NCBI GenBank assembly: GCA_041749155.1
Contig: JBGTBZ010000111.1
Span: forward strand, 1 to 36,759
Length of the DNA: 36,759 bases
Direction of reading: 5' to 3'
Source of the DNA: Phycisphaerae bacterium
Lineage (GTDB): Bacteria; Planctomycetota; Phycisphaerae; Tepidisphaerales; Tepidisphaeraceae
Shown here: one piece after another, positions 14,805-24,245 of the stretch
Layout: each line of letters starts with the position of its first letter
How positions within the stretch are numbered: the first letter of the stretch is position 1
Notes under the pieces: generated by a model
Database searches by the model: none
What the model saw: only the letters and a program-made list of their open reading frames with translations
Told to the model about the DNA's origin: nothing
Program-made: the position numbers and the translations under genes

Positions 14805-15755
14805 CTACTGGTCAGGCGACTCGGCAGACACCTCGAAGTATCTCCCCCAGAGCGGCCGGAGCCGCGTGACCTCGCCGGGGTCGATCAGCCGCTTGTCGCT
14901 CCAGATTGACAGGCGTAAGGCGTCGCGGGCCGGGCATTTTGCCAGCTCATCGTGCCGATCAGACGTCATCCTGATCGCCCGCCGCAGCAGCGAGGTAGCG
15001 TTCGCCGTTGCCTGCTTCAGATTCGCAGTGATCTCGCTCAGCAACGCGAACGGGTCGTGCGTCGAAGGTGTACGCCACGAGTCGTAGTCCGTTACAAGGC
15101 AAACGGCCGCATAGGGCAGTTCCGCTTCCTTCGCGAGCTTCGCTTCGGGCATCAGCGTCATTCCGATCATGTCTCCACCCCACAGCCGATGCATTTTGCT
15201 CTCGGCACGGGTGCTGAAGGCGGGTCCTTCCATGCAGACGTAGCAACCGCCACCATGCGCGCGCAAGCCATCGATCTGAGTGGCCGCTTCGCGCAGGATC
15301 CCCCTCAGAATCGGGCAGAACGGCTCCGCCTGCTCCACGTGAACAGCGGAATTTTCGAAGAATGTCCCCACTCGGCCGAGAGTCTTATCAATCAGTTGAT
15401 CGGGAATCACCACATCCCCTGGCTCATATTTCTCGCGGAGGCTGCCGACCGCTCCGGATGCAAGAACGTGCGTGACGCCCAACTCCTTCAGCGCGAAAAT
15501 GTTGGCGCGATAAGGCACCTGCGAAGGATTGAGCAGATGCCCATGTCCATGCCGGCTCAGCAGAAGCACCGGCACGCCCTCAAGCTCCACCTCCAAGATG
15601 GGTGAGGAAGGCCTGCCGAACGGCGTCTGCGGTTTGAGCATGCGCGCGTCCTCTGCGCGGAACGTCTCGCCAAGTCCGCTCCCGCCGATGAGGGCGACCT
15701 TCAGGGGCGAGCTCGGATTGGTCGGTGCGCGGCTCATTGCCAGAAGGTTAGCCAT
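14805..15755 (-). CDS. mtnP: S-methyl-5'-thioadenosine phosphorylase (MTAP/PNP family)
   Basis: VALIGGSGLG, LLSRHGHGH, YRANIFALKELGVTHV, CMEGPAFSTRAES and GMTLMPEAKLAKEAEL. Confidence 0.85.
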   Translation of the reverse strand: MANLLAMSRAPTNPSSPLKVALIGGSGLGETFRAEDARMLKPQTPFGRPSSPILEVELEGVPVLLLSRHGHGHLLNPSQVPYRANIFALKELGVTHVLASGAVGSLREKYEPGDVVIPDQLIDKTLGRVGTFFENSAVHVEQAEPFCPILRGILREAATQIDGLRAHGGGCYVCMEGPAFSTRAESKMHRLWGGDMIGMTLMPEAKLAKEAELPYAAVCLVTDYDSWRTPSTHDPFALLSEITANLKQATANATSLLRRAIRMTSDRHDELAKCPARDALRLSIWSDKRLIDPGEVTRLRPLWGRYFEVSAESPDQ

Positions 15756-15837
15756 CTCGACGCCCCTCAGAGCCGCCCGCCTGGGGTTCGCCGGGGACGG
15801 CCAGCGCCGCAGCCGGCCACACCTCCGTGGTTACTGA

Positions 15838-16650
15838 TCAACAGGCTGGACGTACTTGCCCTGCTCTTGATGTCCGGGCCGATCGCTCGGACTCGCTTTC
15901 GCTAGGGTTCCAGGTTGCGTCTCGGTTCAGATTGAGCTTGTGCTGTCTCTGCGGCGAGGACCCTCCGGCGGATGCCCGGCGCGCATCCGCAAGTCGCGCC
16001 ACTTGAGTTTCAAGTCCGCGAAGCGATGGCCCGGCGGCTTGTAGCCGAACGCACGGAACTTGCCGGGCGGCACTCTGCCTTTCGCGCGGACGTGCGCTGT
16101 GAAGCGATCGACCCACGCATCGAAGTCACTCATGATCTTCGTCTCGTGGATCAAGTCCTCGGCCTGGTTGTGGGCGTAGGGCAGACCCACTCCGGTGTGC
16201 GATGCCATCCACAGCTCATCGGGAACTTCGATGCCGCTCCATCGGCACTGCAACACTAGCGGCGCGTAGGCATTGCGATCATCCTCCGATGGCCATTCCT
16301 CCGGACGGAACCACTCCTTGTGCCGGAGAATCTTCGGCCTCCCGCTCTCATCCATCTCGTTTGCTCCCTCGTCTCCATAGCTGAAGAATCCGGCGGTGCG
16401 GCCCTCGAGATGGTTGATGTTGATATCTTCCCACCGCGGCGGTTTTTCCAATCGCATCGCAAGTTCCGGGTTCTTGTGGTCGATCAGGTCTTCGTGCGTG
16501 AATGCGGCAGCTTCGAGTGTGCCCTGAGCATTCGCCAACCGTACGCCGAACTGATCGTTGGGAGGGCGGCATCAGCCGGATCGAATATCACTCGCGAGCC
16601 ACCAAGATAATCGGCGAGCGGTATATCTCCGCGGCCCGACAACGCGGTCG
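15838..16650 (-). pseudogene. Truncated, frameshifted tandem paralog of the flavoprotein at 16666..17748
   Basis: EDLIDHKNPELAMRLE ... HRFADLKLKWRDLRMRAGH aligns with the C-terminal 200 aa of the neighbouring gene. The tail (QHKLNLNRDATWNP) continues in another frame (ORF 15838..16116). The N-terminal FMN/Cys-cluster part is missing or scrambled (16539..16650). Confidence 0.6.
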
Positions 16651-16665
16651 GTGCATCGGCCGGCA

Positions 16666-17748
16666 TCAGGCCTCGCTGTCGGTGGCGGATTGTCGTTCGC
16701 GCTCGCTCCTGCCTGGCTTCCAGGTCGCGTCCTTGTTGAGGTTCATGTCATGTTGAATCCGTGGCGATGAACCCTTGGGCGCGTGACCCGCGCGCATGCG
16801 CAGGTCGCGCCACTTCAATTTTAGATCGGCGAAGCGGTGAGATGGCGTTTCGTAGCCGAACGCGCGGTACTTGCCGGGCGGCACCTTGCCCTTGGCGGCG
16901 ACGAACCGACCGAACTCATCGGTCCAGCTATCGAACAGCGTTAGCACCTTCGGTCGGAGCGGCAGGTGCTCCGCCTGATTGTCGCTGTACTTCTCATCCT
17001 TTCCGAACTCCGTGTAGCACCAGAGTCGGTCGGGAACCTCGACGCCGCCATACCGGCATTGCCACACAAGCGGGGCGTACGCATCGCGCATGTTCTCGAA
17101 AGGCTCTTGGTTGGGATCGAAATACTCCGGGTGCCGAAGTACAGTGGGACGGCCGGCCTCATCCAGTTCGTCGCCGCCGCCATCGCCGTAGCAGAAGAAC
17201 GCGGCAGTGCGACCCTCAAGGTGATTAACGCTTAATCCTTCCCACTCGGGAGCGTGTTCGAACTTCATCGCCAGTTCAGGGTTCTTGTGTTCGATCAGGT
17301 CTTCGCGCGGGTTGCCGCCGTTCATGCACACCAGGCGGTCGAACATCAGCTTGAGATTGCTCGAGGGGGCGTACCAGTTGATGGGGCCGATAATGGCCCA
17401 GGCGTCGGCCAAGTCGATGCGAGAGTAGAGATCAAGGTCCCACATGAGGTCGGGCTCGTCCTTGTTGTGTTTCTCGTAACAGTTGCACGGCCAGCAGCAC
17501 AAGGCCATCGATGTGGAGACGCATGAGTTGCAACTTTGGATGTGCGCGCGGGCATAGACATTGCCGAGGTCTTCAAGATCGATCTCCCAATCCTGCGGAA
17601 GGCGCTCGGCCATGCGCAGCATGAGCGTGCGGGATTTGGAATCGACGCCTGGGCAGTTGTACTGACGGCGATTGGAGCCGGAGATGATGAGCACACGGAA
17701 GGGGCGCTGATCAGGCGCGAGATGGCCGTTGGTATCGTTGGGTTTCAT
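16666..17748 (-). CDS. Flavodoxin-fold NAD(P)H-dependent FMN reductase-like protein with a Cys cluster (iron-sulfur flavoprotein-like)
   Basis: RVLIISGSNRRQYNCPG... and CNSCVSTSMALCCWPCNC, followed by AWAIIGPINWYAPSSNLKLMFDRL, typical of the FMN_red/Isf-like fold. Confidence 0.6.
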   Translation of the reverse strand: MKPNDTNGHLAPDQRPFRVLIISGSNRRQYNCPGVDSKSRTLMLRMAERLPQDWEIDLEDLGNVYARAHIQSCNSCVSTSMALCCWPCNCYEKHNKDEPDLMWDLDLYSRIDLADAWAIIGPINWYAPSSNLKLMFDRLVCMNGGNPREDLIEHKNPELAMKFEHAPEWEGLSVNHLEGRTAAFFCYGDGGGDELDEAGRPTVLRHPEYFDPNQEPFENMRDAYAPLVWQCRYGGVEVPDRLWCYTEFGKDEKYSDNQAEHLPLRPKVLTLFDSWTDEFGRFVAAKGKVPPGKYRAFGYETPSHRFADLKLKWRDLRMRAGHAPKGSSPRIQHDMNLNKDATWKPGRSERERQSATDSEA

Positions 17749-17778
17749 GCGACGACTCCTATTGCGCGCTTTGGCGAT

Positions 17779-18972
17779 TCATCGCTCCCGCTCTTTCGAA
17801 CTGGTCTGAGGCGCTTTGCGGCGTTTGGGGTTCTCGTAGGAAAAGTCGCGTGATTGGATCATATTCAGCGTTTCCTTGATCGAAGGGCGGTCACCCCAGA
17901 ACGTGCCGTAGTAGGCGAAGCGCACGATGCCCTCTGGATCGATGAGAATCGTTGATGGTCGATTGATGTATTCGGCATGCACCGCGAACGCCAGGGGATC
18001 GACGCCGTAGATGGCGCCGACCGCTCCGGCCCGATCGATCAGGTGAGGCCACCAGATTTGTTCGGCGTACGTCTTCTGAAACGACTCCTTGGCAAACCAA
18101 TACTTCGGGTCGATTTCCTTCCCGACCATGACGCGAGCGCGATAACGATCGTGGGCTTCGATCGTCGCGACATGTACGCCTGCCTCGGCGAACTCCTCGC
18201 GCATCTCGATCAGTTCGCGGAACTCGCCCTGGCAGACCGGGCACCAATCAGCGAACACCCATACGAGCGCCACCCACTGGCCCTTCGCGTCGCGCAACGA
18301 CCACGCTGATCCTTCAGTATGTGGCAACGTGAAATCGGGTGCTGCCTCGCCGACTCGTACTGCTTCGAACTTGCCCGGATCAAGTGACGCGTACGCGGCG
18401 CGCAACTCATCGGTCGCGCCCATCTTCTTCTGAATCTGATCGATCGACAGTTCGCACTGGTGCTGCACATCGCGCGATGAATCGTTGGCCATGCGTTCGC
18501 GCAACAGTTCAAGCGACCCGGTCGATTCGATCTGGCCCAACGCGATTGCCGCCTGCGAGCGCGCCAGGGCGTCGGCGTCGTCTCGCACAACCTTCTCCAG
18601 AGCCGGAATCGCATCTTTGGCTTTGAGGATGCCCAGTGCCATGGCGCACACGTATCGCACCTGAACATTCGGCTCCTGGAGTCCGGCCGCAATCTGCGGA
18701 ATCGCATCGTCACCGGCATGAACGAGATCGCGTACGGCCAATGTCCGCACCTTCCAGTCCGCATCATCAAGATCAGCGATGCCATGCTGCTTGAGGTCGC
18801 GATCGATGGTGAAACTCTTGCCATCCACCGGATGAAACGTGTGTCCGCGAACGCTTGCGAGCGCATTGCTGACGTCATTTGTTGTCGCGCCGGCGGGGCT
18901 TGGGGCTTGTGCGGCAACAATGGCCGAGCAGGCCAGAACGGCGGTGACTGATACGAGGCGAATTCCAATCAT
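17779..18972 (-). CDS. Secreted HEAT-repeat / peroxiredoxin (AhpC-TSA/redoxin) fusion protein
   Basis: Signal peptide, then HEAT-like repeats (DWKVRTLAVRDL..., NVQVRYVCAMALG..., ALARSQAAIALG...). The C-terminus has APDFTLPHTEGSAWSL...ALVWVFADWCPVCQGEF. Confidence 0.7.
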   Translation of the reverse strand: MIGIRLVSVTAVLACSAIVAAQAPSPAGATTNDVSNALASVRGHTFHPVDGKSFTIDRDLKQHGIADLDDADWKVRTLAVRDLVHAGDDAIPQIAAGLQEPNVQVRYVCAMALGILKAKDAIPALEKVVRDDADALARSQAAIALGQIESTGSLELLRERMANDSSRDVQHQCELSIDQIQKKMGATDELRAAYASLDPGKFEAVRVGEAAPDFTLPHTEGSAWSLRDAKGQWVALVWVFADWCPVCQGEFRELIEMREEFAEAGVHVATIEAHDRYRARVMVGKEIDPKYWFAKESFQKTYAEQIWWPHLIDRAGAVGAIYGVDPLAFAVHAEYINRPSTILIDPEGIVRFAYYGTFWGDRPSIKETLNMIQSRDFSYENPKRRKAPQTSSKERER

Positions 18973-19037
18973 ATGGCAACCTCCAGGGTTTTACGTGCTT
19001 CAACGCGGCGGCGGTGTTCGGGACCATGCCGTAATGA

Positions 19038-20042
19038 TCATGTCAATGCTCCCCCGCACGACGATCCGCTCCCCGCCGTGCAGCCGAAACAGTGCTCGCC
19101 CGTGGCGATCGCGCGGGTTCGCAGAGCTTCAATATCGAAGTTGTTGATATGGCGCGGCGCGGGACGATTGGTCGGCATCTTCAGCGCGTAGTTGAAATCA
19201 CAGTCGTGGAGCGTGCCGTCGTGGCTCACATGCACTTGGTGTCGGCACATCAGCGGCCCGATCGTCGCCGGATTGAACGCTTCCCGCAGCCGCTGCCGGT
19301 ACGCTTCGCCCTGTCCGTCGCGCTCGAGATCATGCTCAAAACGCCCAATCGGCATGTTCGTGATCGTCAGCAGACGCGTGAACCGGATGCCGAATTGCGC
19401 ATGCAGTTCCCTTCGATAGTCCGCCTCCAACTGCTTCTGGGGCGGCGGCAGCGACGGCCCCCCGGGGTTGTAAACAAGGTCCAACTCAAGATCGGGCTCT
19501 ACGCCGAAGCCCACCGCATTCAATCGCCGGATGACCTCGATGCTCCTTACGTACACGTGCCTGCCGCGCTGTTTGTCCACGTTCACTTCAAGATAGCAGG
19601 GCAGCGACGCGATCAGATGCACCCGGTGCGCGCGGAAGAACTCCGGCAGGTCCTCATACGCCGGCTCGAGCAGGATCGTCAGGTTGGTGCGAACGATGAT
19701 TTGGTGCCCTTGCCCGCGTGCATCGATGACGAACCGGCGGAAGTGCCTGTGCATCTCCGGCGCGCCGCCGGTGATATCGATGGTCGCGGCGCCGGCAGCC
19801 TGCGCCGCGTCGAGCACCATCAGCATCGTCTCCCAGGACATCTCCTCGCGGCGCTTCGGTCCGCTCTCGACGTGACAGTGATGACATGCCAAGTTGCACT
19901 TCAGGCCGATGTTCACCTGAATCGTTTCGAGATCTGCGGAGCGCAGCTCGGCCCCTGAGGCAGCTACCACCGCCTTTGAAAAAGCACGGCCATCCCGCTG
20001 GCCGGGTTGGACGCGCACGTGCAGTGAAAGTGATTGGCTCAT
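19038..20042 (-). CDS. arsS: Radical SAM/Cys-rich protein ArsS (arsenosugar-type)
   Basis: IGLKCNLACHHCHV (CxxxCxxC), ITGGAPEM, and the C-terminal HCFGCTAGSGSSCGGAL signature. The ATG at 20042 is preceded by GGAGG. Confidence 0.8.
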   Translation of the reverse strand: MSQSLSLHVRVQPGQRDGRAFSKAVVAASGAELRSADLETIQVNIGLKCNLACHHCHVESGPKRREEMSWETMLMVLDAAQAAGAATIDITGGAPEMHRHFRRFVIDARGQGHQIIVRTNLTILLEPAYEDLPEFFRAHRVHLIASLPCYLEVNVDKQRGRHVYVRSIEVIRRLNAVGFGVEPDLELDLVYNPGGPSLPPPQKQLEADYRRELHAQFGIRFTRLLTITNMPIGRFEHDLERDGQGEAYRQRLREAFNPATIGPLMCRHQVHVSHDGTLHDCDFNYALKMPTNRPAPRHINNFDIEALRTRAIATGEHCFGCTAGSGSSCGGALT

Positions 20043-20109
20043 CCCGGTAGACCTCCGCACCAAGCGAGGAGTTTAAGGGCATTTCCACAGGTCGACTATG
20101 CCAGCCGAC

Positions 20110-20139
20110 GGATGTGCGTCGCCTACACGGCACTATTCC
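20110..20139 (-). promoter_or_regulatory. Recurrent motif copy: GGAATAG-N15-GCACATCC, upstream of arsS
   Basis: The minus strand reads GGGAATAGTGCCGTGTAGGCGACGCACATCCGTCGG, about 65 nt upstream of the arsS ATG. Confidence 0.5.
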
Positions 20140-20185
20140 CGGTCGCGCTATTGGGCCAGACATATCGTTATCGGTGCCAGACTTG

Positions 20186-20215
20186 GGAATAACCGTCATT
20201 AAACGAGGCACACAC
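20186..20215 (+). promoter_or_regulatory. Recurrent motif copy: GGAATAA-N15-GCACACAC, upstream of ECF sigma 1
   Basis: The plus strand reads GGGAATAACCGTCATTAAACGAGGCACACACGTATC. It ends only about 7 nt before the GTG at 20222, which suggests a leaderless mRNA. Confidence 0.4.
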
Positions 20216-20221
20216 GTATCA

Positions 20222-20827
20222 GTGACTCAGCAGCAAGGCCAGTACGAGCAATGGGTCACGGAGCACTCAGAGCCGCTTTACCGTCTCGCCGCCCGGTTGT
20301 GCGGCAACGCCGATGCGGCCGAGGATCTCGTGCAGGAGACGTTTTATCACGCCTGGCGCTCGATGGCCTCTCTGCGCGAGCCTGATCGCGCCAGGGGATG
20401 GCTGTTTCGCATCCTGCGCCGTCGATATTCCCGATGGCTGCGCGACCAGACGCGGCGGCTCGATCGGATCGGCACGACTGATTCGGCATTTGTCGCGGAC
20501 AAAGCCGCGAGCGACGGGCAACCAGGCGCGGCGATGGAGCGCGAGGAGTTGCTTCAAAGGGCGCTGGAAGTGCTTGAGGAGAGGTATAAGCTGCCTCTGC
20601 TGCTCGTATTCCTTGTGGGCATGACATTCCAGGAGGCGGCCGACTCCCTTGACCTGCCGCTGGGAACGGTGCTCTCGCGGGTTCATCGGGCGCGCCAGCA
20701 GATCCGGCAGCAGTTCGATACCGAAAGGTCCGGCATTCGGCTCGTTGGGGATTCCGTCGCTGCCATGGCCCCCGCGGACGAAGCGCGGCACCCGCACGCG
20801 CGCCGGCAGACTGGAGGGATCGCATGA
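20222..20827 (+). CDS. ECF-type RNA polymerase sigma factor (sigma 1)
   Basis: AEDLVQETFYHAWRS (region 2) and MTFQEAADSLDLPLGTVLSRVHRARQQI (region 4). I chose the GTG start at 20222. The 20114 start would add a non-sigma leader that overlaps the promoter motif. Confidence 0.8.
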   Translation: MTQQQGQYEQWVTEHSEPLYRLAARLCGNADAAEDLVQETFYHAWRSMASLREPDRARGWLFRILRRRYSRWLRDQTRRLDRIGTTDSAFVADKAASDGQPGAAMEREELLQRALEVLEERYKLPLLLVFLVGMTFQEAADSLDLPLGTVLSRVHRARQQIRQQFDTERSGIRLVGDSVAAMAPADEARHPHARRQTGGIA

Positions 20828-21681
20828 ACTCACACATATCCAGCGAGGCATATCTTCAGGAGTTGCGCAATCGGATGGAGGAGGTGGCAGCCCTGCCTTC
20901 GAATCACCCCGACCGGCTCGCGATGCTGGAGCACATCAGCCGCATCGGCGGGTCGATCGAGGCTGAATGGCTGGCCTTGCTCCGCTTTGACGAGGAGTTG
21001 CGGATCCAGCTCAGCAGAGTGGTAGTCCCCTCCGGAATGCGGTCGCGACTGCTGGAGATTCCCAGACGCGCCAGCGGACATCGTCGCGTGCGACTTCTCG
21101 GGCCGTTTCTAGAGCTGCTGCTCGGTCCGCGACGCCTGGCGGTCGCCGCCTCCTTGGGCGTGATCGTTTTCCTGGCACTGGCCGTTGCCGCCTGGAAGAA
21201 TGACAATCTCCACGAGTTTGCGGCGCTGGCGGTGGCTGCCCACGCAAGCCAGCCGGAACTGGCATTGGTAACGGACGACTGGGAGCTTGTTCGAGCTTCA
21301 TATCGCGAGCAGATGCCGATCGACCCGCTCCGACCAAAGCCCCCCTCACACTGGACCCTGATTGGCGCGCGGTTGACCAACTTCGACGACCGGGCAGTAC
21401 TCTACAGCCGATGGACCGACGGCGATCGCACCTATTCGCTCAGCGTTTACTGCGCTGAACAGTTCCGACTGCCGCGGCAGTCGGAGCAGAGAGAACTGAT
21501 ACCGCGATTGCTTGGTGAGGAGTCGGGGCGCAGAGTGGTCTTCTGGTCTGACCGGCATTGCGACTATGTGCTGGTCGTGGATGACGCGACGGTGCCGGTG
21601 CATCGATTCGATGCGCAAGCGGAATCTGAGAGCGTGGTCGCATCGGTGTTCGTCGAGCCGAGGCATCTGCTTCCAATCTGA
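20824..21681 (+). CDS. Putative single-pass membrane anti-sigma factor
   Basis: ATGA overlap with sigma 1, and one TM segment (LAVAASLGVIVFLALAVAAW). The call rests on position only. Confidence 0.5.
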   Translation: MNSHISSEAYLQELRNRMEEVAALPSNHPDRLAMLEHISRIGGSIEAEWLALLRFDEELRIQLSRVVVPSGMRSRLLEIPRRASGHRRVRLLGPFLELLLGPRRLAVAASLGVIVFLALAVAAWKNDNLHEFAALAVAAHASQPELALVTDDWELVRASYREQMPIDPLRPKPPSHWTLIGARLTNFDDRAVLYSRWTDGDRTYSLSVYCAEQFRLPRQSEQRELIPRLLGEESGRRVVFWSDRHCDYVLVVDDATVPVHRFDAQAESESVVASVFVEPRHLLPI

Positions 21682-21704
21682 ACCTGCGTCCATCCGGTAT
21701 TCGA

Positions 21705-22865
21705 TCAGGCGCTCTGAAACAGCGCTGCCACGACAGCAGCCATGAGAGCTGCCGCAGGAAGCGTCACCACCCAGGAGAGCAGGATGTCGCGCACTCTTGC
21801 CCATGCAACGGCTCGCGGATCGTGTCGCAGCCCGGCGCCGACGATCGCGCCGGTTGCTACGTGGGTCGTACTCACGGGCAGTGAGTTCCACGACGCCAGG
21901 CTGACGAGCGATGCCGTCGCCAGACTGGCCGTCAGCGAATGGCCCAGCGGCAGCGGTGTGATCTTCATCGCCAGCGTCTCCAAGACGCGAGGCCCCGCGA
22001 AAAGGCCGCCGAGTTGCATCACGACGGCCACCATGCCGAAACTGACCACGGCCGATGTATCCGCATCAACGCCGCCCAGCGTCATGCCGGCGACGCCTAA
22101 CGCTGCGATCTTCGGGGTGTCGTTCCACCCTCGGGCGAAACCGACCAGGCCGCTGCTAGACCAGTGGATCGCGTTAGCGGCCCGCGAGGTCGTGAGAACG
22201 AGTTCGGCAACTCCACGTTCGACGAGGGGGGTACAGGCCGCCTCTGAATCGATGAATACCCGCGCGTCAATCGCCGGCGGCTGGCCGGCCCCGGATGCCT
22301 GCACCTTGGCTACTGCGACCGGGATCGGCTGCATACCGGCCGGCGAGAGGCAAATACATCGCTGAGCCCAGTGCCGGACCATCCACATGACGGGGAGCGA
22401 CGCCGCATAGACCGTTGCGAGCGAAAGCAGTGGCCCCAGCGCCAGCGGGAGCGAGAGTGTGGTCCCAAGAACAGCCCACTGCACGCTTGCCCCGCCAAAC
22501 ACCACCAGCCCCGCCCCCGTGAGCGCGCCCACCAGAGAATGGGTGGTGGAGACAGGAAGCCCGAGGCGCGTGGCGGCCAGCACCCATCCTGCCGCGCCCG
22601 CCGCCACCGAGAGCAAGAACCCCAGGCCAATGGTTGTGCCGGTCATGAACCACCCTGTGCTGAAGCTCTTGACGAGCCCTCCGGCCACGAAGAATGCGAC
22701 AACTGCCCCGGCAAACGTACTCGCAGCGGCCCAGGCCAGAGCCGCGGATGGACGCGCCGCGCCGTGACCGACGAGCGTCGCCACACCCTTGCAGTTATCA
22801 TTCGCGCCATTAGCAAATGCCACGGCGGCGACCAGTGCGAGCAATATGAGGAGCGTTATACTCAT
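21705..22865 (-). CDS. PiT/PHO4-family inorganic anion (phosphate/arsenate-type) permease
   Basis: A polytopic protein with two GANDxxK/GWND repeats (FANGANDNCKGVATLVG and FARGWNDTPKIAALG). Confidence 0.7.
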   Translation of the reverse strand: MSITLLILLALVAAVAFANGANDNCKGVATLVGHGAARPSAALAWAAASTFAGAVVAFFVAGGLVKSFSTGWFMTGTTIGLGFLLSVAAGAAGWVLAATRLGLPVSTTHSLVGALTGAGLVVFGGASVQWAVLGTTLSLPLALGPLLSLATVYAASLPVMWMVRHWAQRCICLSPAGMQPIPVAVAKVQASGAGQPPAIDARVFIDSEAACTPLVERGVAELVLTTSRAANAIHWSSSGLVGFARGWNDTPKIAALGVAGMTLGGVDADTSAVVSFGMVAVVMQLGGLFAGPRVLETLAMKITPLPLGHSLTASLATASLVSLASWNSLPVSTTHVATGAIVGAGLRHDPRAVAWARVRDILLSWVVTLPAAALMAAVVAALFQSA

Positions 22866-22921
22866 TGCTGAGGGTGGCGCCAGCTACCGAACGGGCCGGC
22901 CCCCTCGGGTACCGTTGTGGC

Positions 22922-24079
22922 TCAGCAACACCCCTCTGGGCCGCAGCAGGCAGTTTCCTCAGTCGTAGCCTCGTACCCGGCCCCCTTGCTCTGCCGCGGG
23001 TGGCGGACCGCGCTGCGCCGACAGTCGAACGGCTTCGCTTCGTCCAACGGGATCGCCTCGCGCGGCTCGATGAACGCCAACTGCTCGGAATACGGCTCGC
23101 GGCGGAAGAGGTTGAAGGTCTTGTCGCACACAGCCATGCGCTGGCCCCGCACGAGCGTGTGGCCATCGTCGTCGGTCACCTTCTGCCATGGCCCCAGGTA
23201 AACGACGGCCTGATTGCGCTCAAGACACGGGCCCTCTTTGCCCTTGTACGCCGCCACCGTGACGCTGCGGAACTCGATGCCGCGAATTGTCTGCCACGGC
23301 TCGGCCGCGCGCTCAAGTATGCTCATGCCATGAAAGCCGGCCTCCTCGAAGGCCTTCAGAAATCCGGTCTCGGTCATCGCACCGCTGATACAACCGCTCC
23401 ACAAGCTCGGGTCTTCCTGCAGATCATGCGGCACAAGCTCGTCGGAGACAATGTCGCTGATAACGCAGCGGCCGCCGCGCCGCAGCACGCGGAACATCTC
23501 CGCGAAGAGCTGCTGCTTCTGCGCCGTTTCTACGAGGTTCAGAACGCAGTTTGACACGACAACGTCAATACTCTGGTTCGGAATCATCGGGTGGTGCCGG
23601 CGCAGTAACTCGGCATGCTCCTGGGTGGCAAGGTACCTGTCGGCCGAGTCCGCCGGCTTCTCTCGGAGATGCTCCTCCAGCCTCTCCAGGTCGAGTGCAA
23701 GATCTTGAATCCTGCCCTTGCGGAACTCTACATTGTCAAAGCCAAGCCGCCGCGCAATCTCCTGCTGGTGCTTTCGCGCCAGCGCCAGCATCGGCGTGTT
23801 GAAGTCCACGCCGATGACGCGACCGGCCGGCCCGATCTTCTGCGCGCAGATGTAGCAAGCCTTCCCGCTGCCGCTGCCGAGATCCAGGACGGTCTCGCCC
23901 TCCTCGACGAATCGACTCGGATCGCCGCACCCATAGTCCCGCTCAACGATTTCCTGCGGGATTGCCGCCAGGTAGCGCGAATCATATGCGTTGCTCGGAA
24001 CGCATAGGCAGGGCTCGGTTCGGCGGCCTGCCTCCGCGTAGCGCTGGCGAACGGATGCCTCTTGGACGTCTGACAGCAT
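22922..24079 (-). CDS. arsM: SAM-dependent methyltransferase, arsenite methyltransferase (ArsM)-like
   Basis: EIVERDYGCGDP, VLDLGSGSGKACYICA, GVDFNTPMLALARK and a Cys-rich tail ACCGPEGCC. Confidence 0.65.
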   Translation of the reverse strand: MLSDVQEASVRQRYAEAGRRTEPCLCVPSNAYDSRYLAAIPQEIVERDYGCGDPSRFVEEGETVLDLGSGSGKACYICAQKIGPAGRVIGVDFNTPMLALARKHQQEIARRLGFDNVEFRKGRIQDLALDLERLEEHLREKPADSADRYLATQEHAELLRRHHPMIPNQSIDVVVSNCVLNLVETAQKQQLFAEMFRVLRRGGRCVISDIVSDELVPHDLQEDPSLWSGCISGAMTETGFLKAFEEAGFHGMSILERAAEPWQTIRGIEFRSVTVAAYKGKEGPCLERNQAVVYLGPWQKVTDDDGHTLVRGQRMAVCDKTFNLFRREPYSEQLAFIEPREAIPLDEAKPFDCRRSAVRHPRQSKGAGYEATTEETACCGPEGCC

Positions 24080-24169
24080 GGCGGAACTCCCGGACAGAAG
24101 GTGTCGTGGCGGCTAAGTCAGTTCCTGCAGCGGGGCGGCAGCGCCCGCCCACCTTGAGCGACGTTGCCT

Positions 24170-24199
24170 ATATGTGCGATGTTTCGCCGCTCCTATTCC
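24170..24199 (-). promoter_or_regulatory. Recurrent motif copy: GGAATAG-N15-GCACATAT, upstream of the arsM-like gene
   Basis: The minus strand reads GGGAATAGGAGCGGCGAAACATCGCACATATAGG, in the 166-nt gap between merA and arsM. Confidence 0.45.
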
Positions 24200-24245
24200 C
24201 TCGGAAGCGGCTTAGGGCACGGTGATGGGGGGGGCCGGAGCAAGA

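Noticed and set aside
20114-20221. An upstream ATG start for ECF sigma 1. Similar cases are 27130 for the FGE protein, 31558 for the GT2, 13752 for DUF3179 and 26985 for MerT.
   Set aside because: The extensions have no family similarity and overlap promoter-like or repeat elements. Internal starts with better Shine-Dalgarno context, or that reproduce the typical family N-termini, exist.
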